The notes under the pieces were generated by a model. That model was not told the origin of the DNA. It made no database searches and saw only the letters and a list, made by a program, of their open reading frames with translations. 15,143 nucleotides of DNA from Gemmatimonadota bacterium (lineage in GTDB: Bacteria; Gemmatimonadota; Gemmatimonadetes; Gemmatimonadales; GWC2-71-9): assembly GCA_039591655.1 (NCBI GenBank), contig JBDHDE010000058.1, positions 1 through 15,143 of the forward strand, written 5' to 3'. This document shows positions 1-7,008 of this stretch, one piece after another; within the stretch, counting starts at the first letter, position 1; the number at the start of each line of letters is the position of its first letter. The position numbers and the translations under genes were made by a program.

Positions 1-704
1 AGGGCAAGGCGGAACGTGCGCAGCCAGGCCCGGCTCACGACCCGCTCGGGTATCAGGTTCTCGGTCACGTTGGACCGTCCGCTGGACGCGTTGATCACCT
101 CGAGGGCCCTGGCTGCCGGAACCCCTAGCTTCACCAGCGCAGCCAGCCCTTCACCCGCCGCCTGGATGTTGATGCCCAGGAGGGCATTGTTGATCGCCTT
201 GAGGGCGTGGCCGGTGCCCACCGGCCCCACATGCACCACCTTGCCCGCGAACGGCGAGACGACCTCGGTGGCCAGGCCGATCCAGCGCTCTTCGCCGCCG
301 AGCATGACGGTCAGCGTGCCTGCTTCCGCACCGCTCGTGCCGCCGCTCACCGGAGCGTCCACGAAACCCGCTCCCCGGCCCGCCAGCCACTCGGCCAGCG
401 CCCGGGACGCCGCCGGATCACCTGACGTGGCGTCCACCAGGAGCTGCCCCTCACGCCAGGCACCACCCGCCCCCTCCACCACCTCCAGTACCTCCACCGA
501 CGTCGGCAGGCAGGTGACGACGACGTCGGCCCACCCGACCAGCTGGCCCGGCGTCTCCGCCACGGCGGCTCCCAGGTCATCACCGAACGCGCGAGCCCGC
601 TCGATAGTCCGGTTCCAAGCCATGGTGTCGAACGCCCGGGCAACGTGCACGGCCATCGGGCGCCCAATGGCACCGAGGCCGATGAAGCCGACTTTGCGTG
701 CCAT
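1..704 (-). CDS. NAD(P)-dependent beta-hydroxyacid dehydrogenase (3-hydroxyisobutyrate dehydrogenase / 2-hydroxy-3-oxopropionate reductase family), runs off the window edge
   Basis: Not in the ORF track; translated by hand from ATG at 704-702, which follows a GGGGGA RBS: MARKVGFIGLGAIGRPMA... It has the Rossmann motif GLGAIG, WNRT, the DAPVSGG substrate motif and the catalytic Lys motif GTGHALKAINN. There is no stop before position 1. Confidence 0.93.
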   Translation of the reverse strand, partial: MARKVGFIGLGAIGRPMAVHVARAFDTMAWNRTIERARAFGDDLGAAVAETPGQLVGWADVVVTCLPTSVEVLEVVEGAGGAWREGQLLVDATSGDPAASRALAEWLAGRGAGFVDAPVSGGTSGAEAGTLTVMLGGEERWIGLATEVVSPFAGKVVHVGPVGTGHALKAINNALLGINIQAAGEGLAALVKLGVPAARALEVINASSGRSNVTENLIPERVVSRAWLRTFRLA

Positions 705-720
705 GGTTCCCCCGTAACGT

Positions 721-750
721 GCTGACCCCGGAGTTGCGTCCGGGGTCAGC
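721..750. terminator. Perfect 12-bp inverted repeat downstream of atpH (terminator-like or processing hairpin, no U-tract)
   Basis: GCTGACCCCGGA (721-732), a 6-nt loop, then TCCGGGGTCAGC (739-750). There is no poly-U run on either side, so the function is inferred. Confidence 0.5.
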
Positions 751-818
751 GCTCAATCTCTCACATGGCCGGGACATCCGACCGCACCCCGGGCCGGGAT
801 GCAGGGACTCCCGTTCCG

Positions 819-1358
819 TTACATGCGCAGCAGCTGCCGCCGCAGGCTCTTCATCTTGCGCCGCAGGGAACCGTCGATGATCCGGTCGCCCAGCCGCAGC
901 ACGAGCCCGCCCAAGATGGCCGGATCGGTGCGGTAGTGCGGGATCACATCCTTCCCGATCACCTCACTGAGCCGGGTGCGGATGAGCTTCTGCAGCGCCT
1001 TGTCGGGCTCGCGGGCCAGCGTGATGCCCGCGTGGACCCGGTTGAACTTCTCGTCCACCAGCGCCAGGTACTCCCGCGCGATGGCGGGGAGGAGCCCCTG
1101 CCGGCCCCGCTTGACCACGGCGTCGAGAAACCGCAGGTACGGCTCCGGCGCGTAGTCATCCAGAGCGTTCCGCAGGATCTCCTGCTTCTTCGGCTTGGGC
1201 ACCCGGGGAGACTCCAGTGCCACGCTCACCGCCGGCAGCGCCGTGATGGCGCCGGCCAGAGCCTCCGTCAGGTCGGCGAACCGCTCCGTATCGCCGCTGC
1301 GCTCGCCCAGCTCAAACAGCGCCTGGGCGTAGTTGCGGGCGATGGTCGGTTCTCTCAC
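819..1358 (-). CDS. atpH: F-type ATP synthase subunit delta
   Basis: N-terminal IARNYAQALFELG and C-terminal DPAILGGLVLRLGDRIIDGSLR match OSCP/delta. The GTG start overlaps the atpF TGA stop (GTGA). Confidence 0.97.
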   Translation of the reverse strand: MREPTIARNYAQALFELGERSGDTERFADLTEALAGAITALPAVSVALESPRVPKPKKQEILRNALDDYAPEPYLRFLDAVVKRGRQGLLPAIAREYLALVDEKFNRVHAGITLAREPDKALQKLIRTRLSEVIGKDVIPHYRTDPAILGGLVLRLGDRIIDGSLRRKMKSLRRQLLRM

Positions 1359-1906
1359 CGGCTATCGCGCTCCAGCGATTCGAGATAATCCTCGACGATC
1401 TGGCGATCGGCCTTGCTGTCCAACCGCTCCTGGATCAGCTTGGCCGCAGCCGCCAGGGAGAGTTCCACGGCCTCGCGCCTGAGCTCCGTGACGGCCCGCT
1501 CGCGCTCGACCTCGATCTCGCGCTTGGCGCGCTCGAGCATCTGCTGCTGCTCGTCCCGCGCCTTGGCCAGGAGCTGTTCCCGCTCTCCCTGCGCCACGCC
1601 CTTCGCCTCATTGATCAGCTGGTGCGCCTCGCCCTTGGCGCCGTCGAGCAGCCGCTTGTGCTCCTCGAGGGCCTCCTTGGACCGGGCGTTCAGCGTCTCC
1701 GCCTCCTCGAGCTGCTTTGCGATCAGCTTCTCCCGCTCTTCCGTGAGCCGCACGATGGGCGGCCAGGCGTACCTTCGGAGCAGCAGGAACAGGGCGATGA
1801 AGACGATCCAGGTCCAGATGATCAGCCCTGGCTCCGCCGAGAACGGCCCGGGGAGCCCGCCTTCACCTCCTTCAGCCGCCAGCAGCGACAGAGTTGTGAG
1901 TGTCAT
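1355..1906 (-). CDS. atpF: F0 ATP synthase subunit b
   Basis: Single TM helix PGLIIWTWIVFIALFLLLRRYAWPPI followed by a long E/K/R/A coiled coil; it lies between atpE and atpH. Confidence 0.97.
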   Translation of the reverse strand: MTLTTLSLLAAEGGEGGLPGPFSAEPGLIIWTWIVFIALFLLLRRYAWPPIVRLTEEREKLIAKQLEEAETLNARSKEALEEHKRLLDGAKGEAHQLINEAKGVAQGEREQLLAKARDEQQQMLERAKREIEVERERAVTELRREAVELSLAAAAKLIQERLDSKADRQIVEDYLESLERDSR

Positions 1907-1912
1907 GGGCCG

Positions 1913-2203
1913 CTACAGGATCTTCGCTACCAGCGCCATGATGACCGCGATGATCGTCGCTCCCTCCATGAGGAAGGCGATGAGCAGCGAGGTGCCGCGG
2001 ATGTCGTTGGCGGCCTCCGGCTGCCGTGCGATGGCCTGCGCGGCCTCGCCGCCGATCCGGCCCAGACCGATACCGGCGCCAACCAGGGCCAGCCCGATGC
2101 CGATGCCTACCCCTAGGGTATCGCCTCCCGCCGCGCCCTCCTGGGCGGGCTGGGTCGTACCCTGCACAGCGCTCAACAGCGTGAGCATGTTCGTCATGAG
2201 CAT
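1913..2203 (-). CDS. atpE: F0 ATP synthase subunit c (probably H+-coupled)
   Basis: GAGIGLG Gly motif, ARQPE loop and ion-binding Glu in FLMEGA. Leu stands where the Na+-type Gln would be and Gly follows the Glu, so the Na+ signature (Q...ES/T) is absent. GAGGA RBS lies 7 nt upstream. Confidence 0.96.
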   Translation of the reverse strand: MLMTNMLTLLSAVQGTTQPAQEGAAGGDTLGVGIGIGLALVGAGIGLGRIGGEAAQAIARQPEAANDIRGTSLLIAFLMEGATIIAVIMALVAKIL

Positions 2204-2276
2204 TACCGATTCCTCATCGTTTCAGGGAGAGTCAGCCCTCTCTTTGCGCTTCCCGCACCGGTAAACCGCCTCTCCC

Positions 2277-2383
2277 GAGCGGTCCCGCTGCGATGACCCG
2301 CCAACGGCCTCGAGGGCCAGCGGGCTTCCCCGGCCACCCGGCCGGGTACGTGTCGGAGCGGCGCGCAGCGCCCGGACCGCTCC
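2277..2383 (-). ncRNA. Candidate structured cis-acting RNA in the atpB-atpE intercistronic region
   Basis: Nested complementary segments: 2277-2285/2374-2382 (9 bp), 2286-2292/2364-2370 (7 bp), 2297-2301/2320-2324 and 2329-2335/2340-2346 (7 bp). It does not match a family I recognise. Confidence 0.4.
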
Positions 2384-2391
2384 CCTAATGT

Positions 2392-3267
2392 CTAGTGCTC
2401 GTGCTGCATCACCCCGATGAGCACCGCGGTAATGAGCGCGAACACGTACGCCTGCACGAACGCGACGATGAGCTCCAACAGCATGATCCCCAGCACGAGC
2501 AACGCCGACCCCGCCCCGATGGCCAGGCGCCAGCCCTCGATGTGCCCGAACAGGAAGATCATCCCGAACAGAGCCAGAATCACGAGGTGGCCGGCGGTCA
2601 TGTTGCCGAAGAGTCGCACGCACAGCGCGAACGGCTTCACCAACTTGCCGAGCAGCTCGATGGGGCCCATGGCAACGGACAGCGCCACCGCGCCGGGGCC
2701 GCTGACCCCGGGCACCACGGGGAAGATCGTCCGCATGTACCCCCTGAACCCGAGCTTCACCAGGCCGCTGATCTCGATGATCAGCAGCGACAGGATGGCC
2801 AAGCCGCCCGTGACGGCGTAGTTGCCGGTGGGGGTCGCGCCCCACGGCAACAAGCCCAACAGGTTGCAGTACAGAAGGAAGAAGAACAGCGCCATGATGT
2901 ACGGCGCGAACTTGGCGCCGTTCTCACCGATGTTGGCAATGGCGACGTCGCTCCGGACCCAGAGCGCCATTGCCTCAACCGCATTGGCGAACCCTTTGGG
3001 GGCCCGCTCCCCGGCCCGCTGCCGCTCCAGCCGGCGACCGGCGAACCACATGGTCAGAAACACCATCAGCGCCGCGAACGCCATGTAGACGACGTGCTTC
3101 GTGGGGGTGAGGTTGAGCGTCAGGGACCCGAGATGGAGATCGGGCCAGCGCTCCCAGGCAATGTGAAACAGCGGGCTGAAGTCGAGCTCGTAGGCATCGG
3201 CAGTGTGATGCATGAGGAGCTCGCCGATGTCGAATTCGTGACCCGTCGCTTCTTCCTGCAGAATCAT
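2392..3267 (-). CDS. atpB: F0 ATP synthase subunit a
   Basis: Multi-TM protein with NLLGLLP, the essential Arg in ALCVRLFGNMTAGH, and ELIVAFVQAYVF. The ATG overlaps the upstream stop (ATGA). Confidence 0.98.
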   Translation of the reverse strand: MILQEEATGHEFDIGELLMHHTADAYELDFSPLFHIAWERWPDLHLGSLTLNLTPTKHVVYMAFAALMVFLTMWFAGRRLERQRAGERAPKGFANAVEAMALWVRSDVAIANIGENGAKFAPYIMALFFFLLYCNLLGLLPWGATPTGNYAVTGGLAILSLLIIEISGLVKLGFRGYMRTIFPVVPGVSGPGAVALSVAMGPIELLGKLVKPFALCVRLFGNMTAGHLVILALFGMIFLFGHIEGWRLAIGAGSALLVLGIMLLELIVAFVQAYVFALITAVLIGVMQHEH

Positions 3268-3605
3268 CGCAACAATCGCGTCTCGAAAAACAGGAGCGGG
3301 ATCAACACAGCCAGGTACCCGACCGCCGTGGGCAACGCCGGAAACAGCTGTGGCTCCCGCAACACCGCCAGCGCGAACATGCCGACGCCCACCAGCCGGA
3401 GACCCATGCCCATGCCCCAGCGGCTCATGAGCTTGCCGTAGGAGCCGGTCAGGGCCGGCTTCAGCAGTGCGACCGCCGCCACATGGATTGCCGTGGCAAG
3501 CAGCCCGAAACTAAGTCCGGGAATCAGGGCCTCGCGCCCCCACGCCAGGACCATGAGAGCCGTGACGACCACCGTCAGGAGGATCCCGAACCCTAGGTCT
3601 CTCAC
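3264..3605 (-). CDS. atpI: ATP synthase protein I-like membrane protein (about 4 TM, 113 aa)
   Basis: Hydrophobic 3' part of track ORF 3264..3791. I re-started it at GTG 3605, which overlaps the upstream gene's TGA (GTGA) and follows GGGAGGGGGA. It has a GMGLRL motif and sits directly upstream of atpB. Confidence 0.75.
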   Translation of the reverse strand: MRDLGFGILLTVVVTALMVLAWGREALIPGLSFGLLATAIHVAAVALLKPALTGSYGKLMSRWGMGMGLRLVGVGMFALAVLREPQLFPALPTAVGYLAVLIPLLFFETRLLR

Positions 3606-3853
3606 TCCCCCTCCCGATCCGGCCGGCGGTCCGACTCCGGCGGGGTCACGAGCCGGCGGTAGATGCTCACCGTGGCGAGCGTCGCCCCCACGAGGGCTCC
3701 CAGCACCGTGAACACGGGCAACAGGCCGAGCCAGCGGTCGAGTAGCCATCCCCCGGCCATGAACAGCATCACGGCGGCCGCAAAGACGCATCCCAGGCCG
3801 GAATACCGGTACGCGTGCACGAGGGGGCGCCGCGGCGTGCTCACGGGGCTCAT
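3602..3853 (-). CDS. AtpZ/AtpI family small membrane protein (ATPase_gene1-like, 2 TM)
   Basis: GGWLLDRWLGLLPVFTVLGALVG is the typical G-x-x-LD-x-x-x-G...P pattern of the first gene in atp operons. Start moved to ATG 3853 (GTG 3844 is possible) because of the promoter position. Confidence 0.85.
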   Translation of the reverse strand: MSPVSTPRRPLVHAYRYSGLGCVFAAAVMLFMAGGWLLDRWLGLLPVFTVLGALVGATLATVSIYRRLVTPPESDRRPDREGE

Positions 3854-3863
3854 GGGCGCCCGA

Positions 3864-3891
3864 AATGTACCCGGGCGAGGCGAATAATCAA
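3864..3891 (-). promoter_or_regulatory. Putative sigma70 promoter of the atp cluster
   Basis: Minus strand TTGATT (3891-3886), 16-nt spacer, TACATT (3869-3864), in an AT-enriched patch 10 nt upstream of ATG 3853. Confidence 0.6.
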
Positions 3892-4044
3892 CTAAGGATA
3901 CGGTGGCTCTACGGGCCCTTTTTGCGTAGGATTTTGAGGGCTGCCGGTGCAACTTCGGGGGCCGCCCCGGCGTACCACTAGGGGCGCGGAACGGAGCCGT
4001 AGGGACCCGCTCCCGCTCCCGACACCAAGGGGGGAGTTCAGGTC

Positions 4045-5067
4045 GTGAACGCAGATCCGGTACGTGTGGTCGGCGGGGACCGGGACGTCGAGCTGCTGGA
4101 GCGGCTCGCCGCAGCCCGCGACCGGCTGTTGGAGCAGGTCGGGCAGCGCATCGTGGGACAGCGGGAGGTGCTCCAGGGCATTCTCACCGCCGTCGTCTCG
4201 GGCGGCCACGCGCTGCTCTTAGGCGTGCCGGGCCTGGGGAAGACCCTGATGGTTTCCACCATTGCCGATGCCCTGGATCTCAAGTTCTCCCGCATCCAGT
4301 TCACGCCGGATCTCATGCCCAGCGACATCACCGGTACCGAGATCCTGGAGGAGGACCTCGCCACGGGGAAGCGGGCATTCCGCTTCGTCCACGGGCCCAT
4401 CTTCGCCAACATCATCCTGGCTGACGAGATCAACCGGACCCCGCCCAAGACCCAGGCAGCCCTGCTCCAGGCCATGCAGGAGCACGAGGTGACGGCGGCG
4501 GGGCAGACCTACCCCTTGCCCGTCCCCTTCTTCGTCCTGGCAACGCAGAACCCCATCGAGCAGGAAGGGACCTATCCGCTGCCGGAGGCCCAACTCGACC
4601 GGTTCATGCTGGAGATCGCGGTCCAGTATCCCGACGTGGACGAGGAGGAGCGGATCGTCGAGACCACGACCGGCGACGAGGAGCACCCGGTGAAGACCGT
4701 CCTCAAGGCCGAGGACCTGGTGGAGATCCAGCACCTGGTGCGGCGCATCCCGGCCCCCAAACCCGTGGTACGGGCCGCCGTACAGCTGGCCCGCAAGACC
4801 CGGCCCGACGAGCAGGCGCCCGACGTCATCCGGGAGTACATCAGCTGGGGTGCGGGCCCCAGGGCCTCCCAATACCTGGTGCTGGGGGCCAAGGCCCAGG
4901 CCGCCCTGGATGGCCGGCCCATGGCCGATCTGGACGATGTGCGCACCGTCGCCCTCGCCGTGCTGCGGCACCGGGTGGTGGTGAACTTCGCTGCCGAGGC
5001 CGCCGGCCGCTCCGCCGAGGACATCTGCCGGGAGCTGGTGGAGCGGGAGGAGTGGATGAAGGGGTAG
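4045..5067 (+). CDS. moxR: MoxR-family AAA+ ATPase
   Basis: Walker A GVPGLGKT, RIQFTPDLMPSDITG, Walker B IILADEINR, and ATQNPIEQEGTYPLPEAQLDRF. GTG start follows GGGGAG. Confidence 0.96.
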   Translation: MNADPVRVVGGDRDVELLERLAAARDRLLEQVGQRIVGQREVLQGILTAVVSGGHALLLGVPGLGKTLMVSTIADALDLKFSRIQFTPDLMPSDITGTEILEEDLATGKRAFRFVHGPIFANIILADEINRTPPKTQAALLQAMQEHEVTAAGQTYPLPVPFFVLATQNPIEQEGTYPLPEAQLDRFMLEIAVQYPDVDEEERIVETTTGDEEHPVKTVLKAEDLVEIQHLVRRIPAPKPVVRAAVQLARKTRPDEQAPDVIREYISWGAGPRASQYLVLGAKAQAALDGRPMADLDDVRTVALAVLRHRVVVNFAAEAAGRSAEDICRELVEREEWMKG

Positions 5068-5080
5068 GAGCGCAACCCCG

Positions 5081-6367
5081 ATGAAGAATCGCTTCGCTGC
5101 AGCTCTGCCATTCATGGTTCTCGCCGCATGCGCAACCGCCGGGCGGCCAGTGCCGGATCATGCATTAGTCATAAGAAACGGAACCGTCGTCGACGGCACC
5201 GGCGCCCCTCCCATCTCAAACGGCATCGTCGCGATCGAGCGGGACCGCATCATAGCTGTAGGTGCCGCGGCGGAGTTCGTGGTTCCGCCCACCGCAACAC
5301 TCATTGACGCCCAGGGTGGCACCGTCCTTCCGGGTCTCATCAACTCTCACACTCACAGCACCGGCGATCCGGCGATCCGGCGCGAGTTTCTGGTCGACGG
5401 GGTCACAACCGTGTGCAACGTGGGCACCTCGTTGGACCGGCTATCGAGGTTCGAGCAAGCCTCGACGCCCGAGGGCGCGTCCGCCAGGGTCTTCTGGTCC
5501 GGGCCGATCATCACCGCACCCGGCGGTTACCCGGGTCCGGTATACGGATCCCAGTTCAGCTACGAGGTGGCAACGCCGGAGGAGGCTCGTAGCGCCGTCG
5601 CCGATCTCCTGAGGCGCGGGGCAGGCATCATCAAGATTACCTTGGCCCCCGGAGATCCTCGCGACCCTTGGCCCGTGCTCGACCTGGATGAGGTGAAGGC
5701 GATTGTCGAGGAAGCACACGCCCACAGCGTACCGGTTCGGGCTCATGTGTTCGAGACGTACATCGCGGAGGATATCGTACTGCCAGCCGGGGTGGATGCG
5801 ATCGAGCACCTGCCACTGCCGGATCTGTCAGACGAAGAGGCGGAGAGCGCATTGCAGAGTCCGGATCCGGTGGCCTACCTCTTCGACGTCATCGCGCCGG
5901 ATTATGACGACCTACTGGCCCGTCTGGTGGAACACCGGGTCGCGATGGTACCGACGCTCGAGCAGCTCGTTGGGCAGCTCTACGAGAAGCCTGATCGTTC
6001 CCCTCTGGAGCAGTTCGTTCTCGATGCGCACCTGGACGCCGTGCGGCGCTATCACGCCCTGGGGGGAGTCGTCGCCCTTGGCAACGACTATGGCGCCAAC
6101 CCCGCCACCCAGCCAGGCATGCCCATGACAGAGATGAAGCTGCTCTTGGCGGCAGGTCTTACTCCGATGCAGGTCCTCGAGGTGGGCACCCGTCATTCCG
6201 CGACGGTGTGCGGACAGGGCAGCGACCTGGGCACTCTCGAGCCCGGGAAGCTCGCAGACGTCATCATTGTCGACGGTGACCCGCTGGCCGACATCCAAGC
6301 CCTGGACGAAATCCTCGTCGTCATCAAGGGCGGCGAAATCGCCCACCTGGCTGATCGGACGCGCTGA
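5081..6367 (+). CDS. Metal-dependent amidohydrolase family protein with predicted lipoprotein signal peptide
   Basis: Lipobox LAAC after MKNRF and a hydrophobic core. Metal ligands are PGLINSHTH, IIK, RAH, IEH and GND, with C-terminal GTLEPGKLADVIIVDGDPL. Confidence 0.9.
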   Translation: MKNRFAAALPFMVLAACATAGRPVPDHALVIRNGTVVDGTGAPPISNGIVAIERDRIIAVGAAAEFVVPPTATLIDAQGGTVLPGLINSHTHSTGDPAIRREFLVDGVTTVCNVGTSLDRLSRFEQASTPEGASARVFWSGPIITAPGGYPGPVYGSQFSYEVATPEEARSAVADLLRRGAGIIKITLAPGDPRDPWPVLDLDEVKAIVEEAHAHSVPVRAHVFETYIAEDIVLPAGVDAIEHLPLPDLSDEEAESALQSPDPVAYLFDVIAPDYDDLLARLVEHRVAMVPTLEQLVGQLYEKPDRSPLEQFVLDAHLDAVRRYHALGGVVALGNDYGANPATQPGMPMTEMKLLLAAGLTPMQVLEVGTRHSATVCGQGSDLGTLEPGKLADVIIVDGDPLADIQALDEILVVIKGGEIAHLADRTR

Positions 6368-6386
6368 CCCCCCTGGCCCCCCTACT

Positions 6387-6405
6387 CGCTTGACCCCTAC
6401 TTGAC
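6387..6405 (+). promoter_or_regulatory. Tandem TTGAC direct repeat (11-bp period), copy 1
   Basis: CGCTTGACCCCTACTTGAC, 17/19 identical to 14866-14884, and 42 nt upstream of the GTG at 6448. Confidence 0.45.
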
Positions 6406-6447
6406 GGCCTCCCGCGACCGTTCACTCGGACGGTTCGAGGAGGTCCC

Positions 6448-7008
6448 GTGCTTCAGGCCAGGCAGCTACTACTCGTCACCATCGGACTCGCAACCTCGGG
6501 TTGCGTCGTCGCCAACCCCAACCCGCCGGCCGACCCCCTGCGGGTACAGGTACGCGTCACCGTGTGCTTCGACAACCCGGTGTGCGCCGACATCCCCTAC
6601 GTGCACGCCGGCACCCTCATCTTCCTCGAGGCCGACACGCTCCTGATGTACGACGGGGACCGCCTCGGCCGCATGGCCATTCCCGTGGCGCAGATCGCCA
6701 AGCTGGAGGTGTACCGGGGTCGCAAGCCTAGCGCGGCCGGTGCTGCGAAGGGCGCCGGGTTGGGGGCGGCATTTGGAGCCCTGGTCGGGGCCGCCGCCGC
6801 TGGGGCCAGCGCAGCCATCTTCGGCGGGATCGCGGACGTCGACGTGGGTGAGATGGCGGCCCGTGGCGCGATCCAGGGTGCGGTGGGCGGCGCCCTCACC
6901 GGGGCCGCCGTGGGCGCCAGCGTCGGCTCGCCGGTGTGGCAGGAGGTGAGCGTCAGGCAGCTGCGCGAGGAGTTGTGCCACTGCCGGATCCCCGAGCCGG
7001 TCACCTGA
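6448..7008 (+). CDS. Hypothetical lipoprotein with C-terminal glycine zipper
   Basis: GAGGAGG RBS and GTG start. The signal LLLVTIGLATSGC is followed by a beta-rich segment and repeated GxxxG (GAGLGAAFGALVG, GAVGGALTGAAVG). Its end overlaps the mtgA end by 8 nt. Confidence 0.75.
   Translation: MLQARQLLLVTIGLATSGCVVANPNPPADPLRVQVRVTVCFDNPVCADIPYVHAGTLIFLEADTLLMYDGDRLGRMAIPVAQIAKLEVYRGRKPSAAGAAKGAGLGAAFGALVGAAAAGASAAIFGGIADVDVGEMAARGAIQGAVGGALTGAAVGASVGSPVWQEVSVRQLREELCHCRIPEPVT

Noticed and set aside
16..717. 233-aa plus-strand ORF from the track
   Set aside because: Antisense shadow of the real minus-strand dehydrogenase. It is S/P/A/T-rich with no motifs.
2210..2240. Hammerhead-like words on the minus strand (CUGA...GAAAC...GAUGAG)
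   Set aside because: There is no contiguous CUGANGA core and no stems in the required order.
2701..2711. GCTGACCCCGG identical to the left arm of the 721-750 hairpin
   Set aside because: It lies inside atpB coding sequence without the partner arm and is a plausible chance match in GC-rich DNA.
765..3441. Long plus-strand ORFs (765..1388, 1413..2264, 2395..3441)
   Set aside because: Antisense to well-supported atp genes. Long shadow ORFs are expected at this GC content.
819..3853. Na+-translocating N-ATPase operon
   Set aside because: N-ATPase operons lack delta and include atpD/C/A/G. Here atpH is present and subunit c lacks the Na+ ligand signature.
3606..3952. Track N-terminal extensions of the atpI (to 3791) and AtpZ-like (to 3952) ORFs
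   Set aside because: The extensions overlap another gene or the promoter and look non-coding. The shorter starts fit the RBS, overlap and promoter evidence.
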